A DNA stretch of 64,000 nt, taken from assembly GCA_963920595.1 (NCBI GenBank), contig OY986949.1:744001-808000 (forward strand). The letters run 5' to 3'. The position numbers were made by a program, and so were the translations under genes. The number at the start of each line of letters is the position of its first letter. Position 1 is the stretch's first letter. Under the pieces are notes generated by a model. It searched no databases and was not told the origin of the DNA. It was given only the letters and a program-made list of their open reading frames with translations. Source of the stretch: Eimeria praecox. Lineage: Eukaryota. Positions 39,167-51,015 of this stretch are shown here, piece after piece.

Positions 39167-39366
39167 ATGGTACTCGTATCCTTACTTGCTCGCAACCTGA
39201 TTACAGAGGATCAAGCAGGCGCTTGAATATAATCAACAGAATCTACAACACGAGCTCTTCTAGCGAAGCGATTGCTGTGCACGCATGTGGGGCGGGCAGC
39301 ATGCTCTCTATCATGGTGGTAATCGTATCTGTACATGCTCGCAGCCTGACTACGGAGGACCAGGCA
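39167..39366 (+). repeat. Diverged ~50-bp direct repeat (39167-39217 / 39316-39366), possibly LTR-derived
   Basis: ATGGTACTCGTATCCTTACTTGCTCGCAACCTGATTACAGAGGATCAAGCA vs GTGGTAATCGTATCTGTACATGCTCGCAGCCTGACTACGGAGGACCAGGCA. Confidence 0.7.
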
Positions 39367-40899
39367 AATGTTTAAAGAGAGTCTACAAAACAGTAAGCGT
39401 TTGAAGAGAGTCTAAACTACCGTCAACAATGGCATCGCATGCAGAAAAGGGGCACTGACTGTGCGGGTATATGGAGATGCCTTGCAGCATTAGCTGCAAC
39501 TAGGAGTGTTGTAGCCCATGACAAGTCTTTCCCCACCACGCTCCCTGCCAGTCGGGTACCTTAGGCCACTGCTCCCACCGTGTTGGAGGCCGGAGGCCAG
39601 ATTAGTTGCCTTTGGCGATCTTTTTTTCCAAGCATTTGACTCCATCGCAGCTCGTGAAGATCGACGACTCTGTTTGCGCCTAGTATCGCCACATGGTTCA
39701 TCCGGGAAGGTGCGAGAAACGAGCCCCACCCAGTTGCGTGTAGCAATAAATGGAGAAAAAAATGTGCCAAGACGCTTAAACAGTATTTTCTGAAATATCC
39801 CTATCAAATTCTCTGCTTTTTCCTCTTGAATAATGAATATTAATTACGGCCTATCCTGTCTTCCGCTGGGGTGACAACCCAAGGTCGGGAGCCTTGCTGT
39901 GCAGAAACAAAGTCGACTTCCGCATCCCATCAGGTATATTTCTATCAAGAACAATTCATGAGGAATGATCCCGTCTTTGCCCAACTTTTAGATATGAACC
40001 GTGCGGCCTCAGCGGCTACGCTTTGGGGAAGGCAGACAGGGCATGAGGGCCAGAAAACTACGGTAATAGATCGCGAGTAGAAATGGGCTATATTTTTATG
40101 ATACGGGGCTTCTGTGTTGACGCAGCTCAGCGCAGCATATTCCTACGGATGCTGTCGGCGTAGTACTCAGGCACTACAATGGTACCCGAATTGAGTCGCT
40201 AGAGGCCCATCCAGATGACAGAAATTATTCTCGGTATTCTATACAAGACATAATGCTTCCGGAAGTCGCTCTGCAGACACCAGGATCTGCAACTGGTTAC
40301 GAGGATAGCGCTATAGCCAACGCATTGACAGGAACGGGGCCAGTGCGAGAATCTGAGGAAGGACACTTCTCCTTCCTCCTTTAGGGGAATAGGCCCTGGA
40401 ATATGAATAAGAAACTATCATTTGATATTTAGGGGTAATTCGCTGGGTGTGGCATATTAGATCGCTTGAGTTCGTCTGAGCAGACATGGTCAGGGCAGAC
40501 AAGTTATGGCATCGTGGAGCATTGTTCACTACATTTGAGGGCTAATCCGGGATTGATTTTGGACCCAAATGAGGTAATACTTGACAAAACGTGCCACTGT
40601 CAATTTCCAACATAGATTAAGACAGTTATGCATGGGTGCACCTACGTAAGGGACGGGTTATGGGCGCTGCCGAAGAGACGACACCCAGAATTTCGACTCA
40701 CCGACTGCATAATGGGTGGCATGCTCACCACATCTCCAATACGCCGAAGCTCATCACGCTATACAAGCCGAAGGTGTAAAAGGAACAGCTGCTATCAGCA
40801 GCACGCCGCCCTGGGAAGGTCTCCATTCATGCTGGTCCGTACCCCGCAGTTGAATATCTGACAGCTATGATAGGCACCTTAAGGGGAATCTTGGAACAC

Positions 40900-43480
40900 T
40901 ATGGAGTAGAGAAGGGCATCACCACTTTGCTACCGCCACGGTCAAAAGAAGGGACCCCAATGCACGCACTTCTACTACGCATCGAAACTAGTTTCACCAG
41001 GATGTGAATTGAACCTATATGGGCTAGTGAGTTCTTGGGGTTCCTAGAAGGTCCAACTCCGCTGTACCAGACCTACTTAAGGACAGCTTTGCTCTATGGA
41101 AATTTGAAACTGGTAAGTGAACGGATGTGTGGAAGATTCTGCAGCCAGATGGCTAGAAGCAAGCCAATGGCTGCCAATGGCTGAATTTGCTTCCGATGGA
41201 CAACGAATCACGATAAGCATACTAAGCGGTTTGCTGTTGTACTGGAGCTGAAAAGGTAGCTGCATAGATGACTTGGGCGTCTTTTATTGCTCCCGTGTCC
41301 TCCGCGGATACAGCTTTTGTTATTACACAAGGAGGACCGGAGCAGAATCCAGCGTGGGAGGGGGATGCGAAAACGTTGGCTATCTACCTTGGGTCTAAGC
41401 CTGATGCGCTGGAGTGCTGCGACCGCAGGGCCCCCATACTCGGATAGTTGAGGCCGGCGAGTGTGAGCTGTGGAGACGGAATTGAGTTCCACAGGGGCCA
41501 GACTAATGGAGATGGGCTATCGAAGAGGCACAGAGCTTGCTGTGAGTACAAGGGAGGAGGGCACCAAGCGGGGGCTTTTCCCAATGGAGGGCAGCGTACT
41601 GAACGTCCGGGGGAAGCGTGTAAAAAGCATGGATGTATGGGGCACTACGCTAGAAATCACGCTATTCGACGTAGTGTGTGGTAACGAGCGCAAGGATTTG
41701 GCAGCAGGTACCTGTTTAAAGTGATGGTGCGAAAGAGTCTCCGCTGAGTGAGAGACGAACGTTCTAAACTGCCTGCGTATGGTAAGGGACTGACTTTGCT
41801 TGTTAGCCACCGGACCTAACGCGATGGCAGTCTCCCCTAAATGGGACGAGGAACAGCTCGGTGTAGAGGAACGACCAAATGACAGGGAATAGAGGAGTGT
41901 TAGCCAACACGGCACAAACAGTGTAGGCATGTATCTACACCGCCTCGAGAGAAAACGGCAGTACCCAAGACGGGGAGTGGCGCTCAAAGAATAGATGAGG
42001 AGCTGAAAGGTGGCAGTATGCCTGACGAGGGTGAAGTTGCGCCGCTGCGGTGGCTGGAGGTGTGCTCCAGCGCTACTCTGTTGAAAGATGTGTAATGTAA
42101 AAAGTAGGAACTGCGGCCATTCTCCGGTTTGGTTTGTCATGGCCTGGTGCATCCATGAGGCTTTATTAGATACGAGGGCGTCACGAAGTACCGTTAGTCC
42201 TAGAAGAGTGGGATGTCTGCAGTTAAAGGCGCGGCTGCTCTCCCAGTAGTCTGCATTCATCGTAGGTAATGGCCAACAACTGCTTATTGAACTAGCAGTG
42301 CCAGGCTTGATGATGCGATGCGAACGTGAATGTTTTCTCCGGAGATTTCCTTAGTGGGCACTAGCCCATATGATCTGGTGCTGGGGATTGAATACTTAAC
42401 TCACCATAATGCTACTTGGTATTTCTAGTCTGGCGAGCTAGGAACCTGTGTGAACAGCAGATGGTGCGAGCTGCCTGTGGTAAGGGAAAAAGAGGGCGAA
42501 CACGGAAAGGAACCTTTGCGGGGGCGCGCCTGAGGATCCCTGATGACCAGGCATGTGACATATTGGCCAAGCAAATGGCAGGCATGACTCCAGAAGAGGC
42601 TGCAAAATCCCCACGCCTCACTTACCTGAAGAGATAAGACAAGGTCGCTAAGGCAAAGATGCGGACTAAGGAGCTGATACGACAGGCTAATGAAGACTAG
42701 GAAAGCATCGAAGGACCACTACAGGCGCATAATGGTGCAGCGGCTTCACCACAAACGAACAGTGAGGCGTCCTAAGGCTAACCGATGGATGCCGAGGGGC
42801 TTTATGCTCTGCACGCATTGAACACTACAAACTAACCAAGGGAAAAAATGTAGAAGCGCCCATGGCCACCATGAAGTCGAATATTGATGAAGGATCGCCG
42901 CGGTCTATCGCTGAATTCGACTAATCAATGTTCCACGAAAATCTATGAAAGACAGGCTCACAGCGTACCGCCAAGGGGATACTGGCGATTCTGCGTGAGC
43001 ACCGAGCGGTTTTGCCTGACCCTTTACTTGCAGGGTTGCCGCCGAAACGCCCCTCGTGCTGCCTGGCAAATTGATTGAGAAGCCTGTTATCTACCCCAGG
43101 ATCGTAGAACACCTCAATTTTCATAAGCAGGAGATAGCTATCTTATCAACAGCATACCTACGATCATGCCTGAGAACCACGATGGTGGACCATGGGAGCG
43201 GAAGGCGCCCATGGTCTATACCTATTAAACTTTAATTCGTCTTACTGTATTGTCTGATTTCCCGACGCCTGCAATTCAAACTATCCTACGGATGTAAATT
43301 AACGCCTATCTCTAACCCTTATTTGACCAAGGTGTCAGAGCTTACCTAGACGATGTCCTCATGCCCACCCTGGTGCCGATCTACTGCAACAAGTGCTATG
43401 TCTCTTCCTCAAGCGCCAGCTTTACCCTTAGTTCCGGCATTGCACGTTTCCAAGGCGCAAAAACACCTTGTTACGGTATA
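40900..43480 (+). mobile_element. Decayed Ty3/gypsy-type LTR retrotransposon remnant (gag knuckle - protease - RT)
   Basis: Degenerate knuckle ACKKHGCMGHYARNH (~41616-41660); protease EALLDTRAS (42157-42183) and PYDLVLGIEYLTHHN (42366+); RT AYLDDVLM (43340-43363). Order is gag-PR-RT. Many stops; boundaries approximate. Confidence 0.75.
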
Positions 43481-43482
43481 GA

Positions 43483-43566
43483 CGGGAAGTTGCGTAAATA
43501 GTGCCCTCTAAATGGTGCAAAAGTCGTAACACGGTTTCCATAGGTGAACCTGCGGAAGGAGCATTC
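43483..43566 (+). pseudogene. 3'-terminal fragment of 18S rRNA (degenerate rDNA unit 1)
   Basis: CGGGAAGTTGCGTAAATAG…AAGTCGTAACACGGTTTCCATAGGTGAACCTGCGGAAGGAGCATTC matches 59727-59810 with substitutions. The rest of the 18S is absent. Confidence 0.9.
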
Positions 43567-43992
43567 AGGCATTGAGTCCCCAAGCGATTGCATCATCGAA
43601 AAGGCTTTTGGGAAGCGTTTTGCGATGCTTTGAGGATGCTGTGGAGAACGCCAACGAGCGAACAAATTAAACCAAACCTTGGATCGCTTTGCTTTTCCCC
43701 ACGACCTCCTTTGCTATAAAAAAGAAGCGAATGAACTCCCTTTCGAGCATTTGATGAATTTTAACCCATCGGCAAGGGTGGAAGATTTGTCGCCTGTAGG
43801 GGCGGTAAGAGCGCATGTGGGGGGTGGGGCTGGTTGGGGCTACATGCCTGCCCGTGCCCCTGCACACATGCAGGCATGCAGGCACCCATACATGTGCCCA
43901 TGCATGCATGCGTGTATGCAATGTGTGCAATCCATCCCACTTCTCCCAGATTTTTGAGCTTTTGTACCAAATAAAAAGCATTTCGCTTTTTT

Positions 43993-44147
43993 ACAATTCC
44001 AGCAATGGATGTCTTGGCTCACGCATCGATGAAGGACGCAGCGAAATGCGATACGCATTGTGAATTGCAGATTTTAGTGAACCATCAAATTTCTGGACGC
44101 ATATGGCGCTGCTGGGATTTCTCGGCAGCACGTCTGTTTCAGTGTCT
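43993..44147 (+). rRNA. 5.8S rRNA (degenerate unit 1, probably pseudogene)
   Basis: GCAATGGATGTCTTGGCTCACGCATCGATGAAGGACGCAGCGAAATGCGATA…, near-identical to 60249-60404. Confidence 0.88.
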
Positions 44148-44521
44148 TTTGATATCTTCCATGAATACACTGCCAACATTGGGCACAGTTTATTGTGTCC
44201 AGCGTGTGGTGGCTTCATATGCGCTTCCCAAAATAATAGGTTTGCCCTAGATGCGTCGTGTGTGAGTTTGTTGTGGTGCCTACGTACTATGACAAGCAAA
44301 GATTGACATTGGTTATCCCTTCGTTCATGAAAGAGATACGGTGGTTGAAAAGCTGCTGATATATATCTCAGGAAGCATGGATGATCGTGGCATACACAAT
44401 GGGTGTATCGCTGGTATAGCTTATAGTGCTACTGAGCCCACTTACATAGGGGGGGGATAACTTGAAGGATATCAACGGCGCTTGATGCGGAGCCCAAAAA
44501 AATACATCTGTTGAAATATTT

Positions 44522-46879
44522 TAGACCTGAAATCAGTCGAGGTTACCAGCTGAATTTGAGCACATTACTAAGCGGAAGAAAAGAAAATAACAATGATTCC
44601 CCTAGTAACGGCGAGTGAAGCGGGAAGAGCTCAAGGTGAAAACCGTGAGTCCCCGATTTGGCCTCACGAATTGTATCCTCTAGAGGCGTTGCCAGTGGGA
44701 AGGCAGGTCTAAGTTTCTTGGAACAGAACTTCAGAAAGGGTGACAGTCCCGTTCTTTGTCCTGCTCGGTGCTCCCCACGTACGGTGCGCTTTTATTGAGT
44801 CGCGTTCGTTGGGATTTGAGCGCAAAACGTGTGATAAGCTCCACATAAAGCTAAATATTGGCATGAGACCCATAGCGAACAAGTACTGAAAAGGAAAGAT
44901 GAAAAGGGCTTTGGAAAGAAAGTTAAAAGTGTCGAAGAGATTGAAAGCTTTTGTCCCTAGGGTGCCGGTGAGGTTCAGTACTTGTATCTCTTATATCTCC
45001 ATTATAGTGCTTGGGGGGTATATTTATTACTGTATTTCACTACGATTTCTTGAGGATGGTCAGCATCAGTGGACGCCCGACTATTGTCCCCAAGGAAGGT
45101 AAGCCTCCCCAACGAAGGTAGGCCCATCGTGGGCTGTTATAGCCTTTGGGTTTGTGGTGTTCAGGTGTTTGCAGAGGTGTATTTTCCCCGTGCGATGGGC
45201 ACACTTTTGAGTACCGTCGCTCTGCGATGCTGCCCTTAACAGTTCCAAACTACCCGTCTTGAAACATAGACCAAGGAGTCTAACGTATGTGCGCGTATGC
45301 GGGCGGAAGCCCTGTATGCACAATGAAAGTGAGAGTAGGGAGAGGTTTTGCTTTTTGCAGCCCTCCCATCTACGACCGACCATGAACTTTGGGAGAGGTT
45401 TGAGTTGTAGCACATCTGTTAGGACACGAAAGATGGTGAACTACGGCTGCGTAGGGTGAAGTCAGGCGAAAGACTGATGGAAGCTCGTAGCGATACTGAC
45501 GTGCAAATCGTTCGTCAAACTTGGGTATAGGGGCGAAAGACTAATCGAATCGTCTAGTAGCTGGTTTCTTCCGAAGTTTCTCTCAGGATAGCTGGAGTTC
45601 AATTAGTTTTATCAGGTAAAGCGAATGATTAGAGGCCTCGGGGGCGCGTTGCCCTTGACTTATTCTCAAACTTTAAATGGGTAAGATCCAGTGGTTACTT
45701 TATTGAACTGCTGGGGTTAATATGAACTCCAAGTGGGCCATTTTTGGTAAGCAGAACTGGCGATGAGGGATGCTCCTAACGCTTGGTTAAGGTGCCTAAA
45801 TACTCGCTCATCAGACACCATAAAAGGTGTTGGTTCATTTTGACAGCAGGACGGTGGTCATGGAAGTCGAAATCCGCTAAGAAGTGTGTAACAACTTACC
45901 TGCCGAATGAACCAGCCCTGAAAATGGATGGCAGTGCAGCGCGCCGATACCAGGCCATTATCGCAAGTTTTCAGCAGTGGACGTTGCGCGATGATGAGTA
46001 GGAAGACATGGGGATCGTAGCGAAGCATTCGGCGTGAGCCTGTGTGGAACGGTCTCTAGTGCAGATCTTGGTGGCAGTAGCAAATATTCAAATGAGAACT
46101 TTGAAGACTGAAGTGGAGAAGGGTTCCATGTGAACTGCAATTGGATATGGGTTAGCCGGTCCTGAGCAAAAACTTAATTGCGGGAAATTCGGGGTTGTAT
46201 TGTCCTCGTATTTTGCGAAAGGGAGTCAGGATAATATTCCTGAGCCAGGACGTGGATACTGCACGGCAACTTGAATGAACTCCTCGACGCAGGCGGGTGC
46301 CCCGGGAAGCGCTGTCTTTGCTTTTTAACAGCCACGTTATAAACATACCCTTGAATCAGAGTATCTGGAGATAGGGTTGACTGGTTGATAAAGCTTCCTG
46401 GCTTCCAGGGAGTGCGGTGTGCTTCTGATTGCCCTTGAAAAGAGGGGGGTAAGTTATTTACACCCTTGGCCTTACCATTAACCGCATCAGGTCTCCAAAG
46501 TTAGCAGCCGCTGGTCGATCGACGAAAGTAAATAAGGGAAGCCGGCAAAATGGATCCGTAACTTCGGGAAAAGGATTGGCTCTGAGTGCTCGGTGAATAG
46601 CGCCAGTGTCTTCATCGTCGGTCAGAGCTGCGCCGGCTCGTTTGTGCTGCGCGGCGCGTCTGCAGATCGCTGGTGCTGACTGCAATGTGACCACTGGTCT
46701 GCGTACACAGTGAGCAGCTAAATCAGAACTGGTGCGAACAAGTGGAATCCGACTGTTTAATTTAAACACAACATTTGCGCAAACGTTCCTAACGCAACGT
46801 GATTTCTGCTCAGTGTTGTGAATGTCAATGTGATGAAATTCTATCAAGCGCTGGTTAACGGCGGACGTAACTATGACGT
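44522..46879 (+). pseudogene. 28S rRNA 5' portion, degenerate, ending at the retrotransposon junction in helix 69
   Basis: Colinear with 60845-63211 but with substitutions in conserved stretches (ACCAGCTGAATTTGAGCACA vs ACCCGCTGAATTTAAGCATA), small deletions (~44935, ~46777) and a local duplication (~45088-45125). Confidence 0.9.
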
Positions 46880-49800
46880 GAAAATTTTAAGTACAGCTGG
46901 GTTTTGGAGGGGCAGGCTGCTTCCTCTGAAAATTATCAATTAGTTTTTGAGTGACGGAGTCCCAACTCCTGAGGCACGCCCTTTTTGTGAGAGCCACTCG
47001 CTTTCACGCGTCTTAAGAGCGCACTTTATACGACCAAGTAGGGCGTCGAATTATTGTATCATAAAAGTATCATATCATGCAGGCTTTGGAACATTCGAAC
47101 GAGATCACCCGCCGCTCCGAAGTCTTCTTTTGCCCCTATAGGCTACATGAAATCCCCAGAGTTTTTGGCTAAGGCGAAAACAGTCGGCATTAATTCCACG
47201 CTGCATAACCCATGCTGAACATTCTGAGATCCCAAGTCTCTGCATGAGTGCCATCTTGTTGTGAGCTATTACGCACTCTTTAAAGGATAACTGCTTCTAA
47301 GCTAACCTCCTAAATATAAATGAAATTAAATTTCTTCTCTTGCAGTGCAGCCAAGGGATCTATATACTAATGCCTGTACTGTTACCCGATATCCTTGAGC
47401 TTCGTACTGTTTTTCGAGGCTTTGATATTTCTCATCTTTTTGTAGACGGGCTGCTCCGAGAGAGTTCTTCTTGTAGTCCTCAAAGACGACCCCCATATCC
47501 ACTGTTGCCAAGTCCTTACGCTTGTCATCTCGAAGAATAATATCTGGCCTTAAGAGTGTGTCCATGCCTTCAGGGCAGGCGTCGATTTGGAGCTTCTTGC
47601 TCCTATTCTTCGCGCTGCTCTTGATTGCTGCTGTAATCCTCTCCAATGCCTTGTTATGTCGGTCTTTGATCTTGCTATCCATGTGATGAGGGCAGTGGTT
47701 GAGGACATGCCGTAGGATATCCAAGTCCTCTGTGCAGTGGCGGCATCGCGATGCCTTTGAGACCTTAATCTTCTACAGGTATGCTCGTGTGCGGAGTTCT
47801 GCAGACCGTGCTCTCAAGGCGAAGATGGCCTCGTTCGGCTTCAGACAGGTGGGGCCTCTCAAGAAAGCATTGCTCTCTGCTGTCTGGTAGGCCCCTAACT
47901 TCCTTTGATCTACCTTTTCCTTCCACACGTCTCGTTGCCACTCCGGTATATGCTGCTTGATGCTTTTAATGATATGCTTCTGATCAAATTCGGAGCCATC
48001 TGTTCGCTGAGCAACATAGCTACCGTTCCTTCTAGTCTCGATGAGCGCCTTGCTCATCCATATCTCCCTGGAAGCTCCGACCATAAGCTTCGAACACCCA
48101 CCAATTTGCCTCTCTTCTTCAAGCAGCCCAAGTCGCGCCCGTTGAGGTAGGCAATAATCGCTTCCCAGTCGCTCTTGCCACTCTCAGGTGTGTAGATGAA
48201 AGCTTTGTTGATGATTTCCAGCAGCTGGCCTTCTGCAATCGCTCGAATCACGCTGTATGAACTGTTGAGCATTTGTACAGCATGATCTATCTGTGTTGCA
48301 GTTGCGGTCATGATGAGGGAAATACACCGAAGACCACCATGTGAGGTGGGCTGGTGAAACATCTCAACGACAGTACTCTTTGAAAACTTGAAGGTAACCT
48401 TTAGAAAAGAGCGTATATTACGATCGAATGCAATCATCTGCTGTCTGTAAGGATAACAGTACCTGAGATGATAGTCAAGACGATACATCACGAAAGCGCT
48501 AATCGCATCAAGTTTCTGCCAGGGGAGGAGTGCTGACCTCAGGAGCTTGGCAATGTCCTTCTTCGCCATGCTCATGGCTCGAAGGATTTGGTTTTGATGC
48601 ACTAAAGATTCCAGTGCACCCTTAACGCCCAGGTACTTGTACGCCTTCCCTAGCTTGACCACTGGCAAGACCTCGTTGTGGAGCTTCAGCTGCACCGGAT
48701 CGGGCTGTTGTCGCTTCTCTCCCCGCTTCCATCCCAGTATAGCACATTTGGACGGTTTGGCCTCTAATCCTGTCCACTGGAGGAAGCGCACCACCGGTTG
48801 ACGAAGTGTAGAAATTCCTGCTCGAGTGCTAGCAACCGTCTTGAGGTCGTCTGCATATGCCATCTGGTAGACCTTCACCGGCTGTTTCCCGACCGTCATA
48901 CGCAGTACGAGGCCTGCATCACAAGCTGATAATCTCTGCAGGAAGACTCCATGGATAGGTTAAAGAGGATCGGGCTGAAAGGATATCCTTGCTTCACTCC
49001 TTGTCGGTTCTCAATTCGTCCTGTGCAGCCCACCTTCATCACGAGGCAGAAGCTCCCTCCTTGATAGAGATCCATGATGATCTCGCAAACGTGCTTTGGT
49101 AGCCTTTGAGCCTTCAAGACAGCCTGTCTGAACTCGTGGGGGACATATCCAAATGCACTTTTCAAGTCGTAGTATGCCATGTACAGCGGTTTGTTGCCTC
49201 CGCTTGGAGTTGAGGATGTTTTGGGCAAGAAGTAGGTGCTCGTGGCACCCATTCACTGGCAAGAAGCCCTTCTGCGACTTTGAGGCGACCCAGGACTGTA
49301 CTGCCCAGTCCGTAATCCTGCTGGCCCACAGTTCTGCGTAAAGTGTGTAGATACAGTCCTGTAGATTGATGGGATTCCAACCCTTCACATCGTTAGGACC
49401 GCCCTGCTTGGGAATCAAAACGGCCACGCTTTCCCTCCACTTCTCTGGAGTACACCGATGGCGAGAGCACGCATTGTATATCGGTGTCATGGCTGGAACA
49501 AGCACTCGTCGAACCTCTTGTACACAAAGAACCCTATCCCATCTGGCGCTGCTGCAGACTTGAGGTTGCTCTTTGGCAGCTGAGAATGCACATCCTCTTC
49601 TGTAAAGTATAGATCAATCGCATACGCTCCACTAGGAGCTGAAGCCAAAGCGCCTAAGAACTCATGAGCAGCACTAGAAGTGGAATCAATTGATTGCTCA
49701 GAGTGCTGATCTCGAAAGCCTGCCTCCAGCTCACTGAGTTGGATGGGACAATCTTGGCTTGCAGGTTGATCTTCGACAGCTAGTAGTTGCTCCACACACT

Positions 49801-50660
49801 TCTAGCTGTCTTTCATGTAGAGTGTTCGGAGGTTTTGTGCTGACTCTTCTTTGAGGATCATGATGAGGCAACGACGCGTGGTTCGTAGATTTCTTTCAAG
49901 GGCCCGCTTCATCATTTTATCATCAAGAAATGCTCCAGATTGTTTCCCCTGCTGTGCTATCTCCTCTGCTAGGAGTGCTTGAAACACCTTGTCGACGTTT
50001 CCCTGTGCCTGAACCTGCTTCGGAGGCACGCCTGTCCTTCGGATTCCTGAGTTCTCGGTGCTCGTTGGGGGGGTTCTTCTTGCGACGCTGATTTGTTTCC
50101 TTGGGATTCTTATCTGCAAACCAAATCACATCACAAAGCTGCGTGGTGAAGCCTTCTGCTGCGGTTTCCACTTCTTCCCACGTGCTGTCGACCATCTTGG
50201 TAGCAGCAGCTTTGCGCAAGTTCCGTCACTTGCCTTGTAAGCCTTGTGTCCGTTGGTTATTGTAGGCATGTGCTGCTTTGCTGTTGCTGCGGGCGTTGCC
50301 TGTCTGCCCACCATTGCACGATCCCCTGCTAGTTTTGTAGGAGTCAGCTGTGGAGGACTCTCTGAAGGTGTTTCTGGCCCCCTCCATCATTTCGCTACTC
50401 GGAGCCTTTCATCCAAGTTTTGTACACCTTCATCTTCCTCCTCGATGTGCTGCCTGGCGTTCCGCTTGCTGGGATGGAGCGCCAAGGGGGTTGCCACACT
50501 TTGGTACTCGCTAATTATTTGTCTTCTGCTCAGAGCGCAAGGGTTGTTTGCTCGCCTACATGTGTGAAGAGCCAATCTCCTTTGGGACTTGAATGAGCGA
50601 CAGCAGCTGAGACAGTGGGCAGGCCGTTCGTTCGCCCCCGCTGGAGTTGTTTTGATGCCC
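46879..50660 (-). mobile_element. Non-LTR retrotransposon, RLE type (NeSL/R5/Utopia-like), copy 1, decayed, antisense in 28S
   Basis: Fragmented ORF: N-terminal zinc finger HCLSCCRSFKSQRRLALHTC (~50560-50618); RT motifs AAPDGI, INLQDCIY, SQKGF, YDLKSAFGYVPH, GVKQGYPFSPILFNL, AYADDL, PSKC, YKYLG, LLPWQKLDAI; CCHC CRHCTEDLDILRHVLNHC; RLE RHN…RPDII…D…KDEKY; ~200-nt 3' UTR. Confidence 0.93.
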
Positions 50661-50661
50661 T

Positions 50662-51015
50662 CTGGGGCGTGAACGCACAGCGTGGTTTGTACAACGTGAA
50701 ATTAGCACTGACTGTATCCGTCTAAGCCATCGTATTTGGGGTTTTCACATGGCAGATAATGGCACGAGGCGAGCAAGAGGAGGAGGTCGTTCTCGTGCTA
50801 ACACATCTTAAGTTGCTTGACACACTAATGCGCTAATAGAACATCAAGCCTAACACGCTCGGTAGCAACACTGAAGGTTTATTCAAACGCGTGAAGACGG
50901 TTGGCTCGACATCCGGGCGTGCCGTAGGAGTTGGAGCTCCCTCGCATCCACCTTTTCAACCTTTTTTGCTCGAGGCGGCAACGCCCAACTCCAAAACCCA
51001 GCTATTAAATTTTCA
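50662..51015 (+). mobile_element. Inverted, 5'-truncated 3'-end fragment of the same retrotransposon family (diverged subfamily)
   Basis: 50671-50820 translates as ERTAWFVQREISTDCIRLSHRIWGFHMADNGTRRARGGGRSRANTS*VA*, codon-aligned with the copy-2 C-terminus ERSAWIVQREISADCIRLSQKIWGFHVADRGDRRPRSGGRSRGNAPKSA*. The 3' UTR ends CTCCAAAACCCAGCTATTAAATTTTCA, like the other copies. Confidence 0.9.

Noticed and set aside
41517..42260. 247-aa minus-strand ORF
   Set aside because: Antisense to the decayed gypsy gag-protease region; no motifs.
46879..51015. DNA transposon or LTR element suggested by TG…CA inverted termini
   Set aside because: No transposase or integrase. The inverted segment is a coding 3'-end fragment of the non-LTR element itself.
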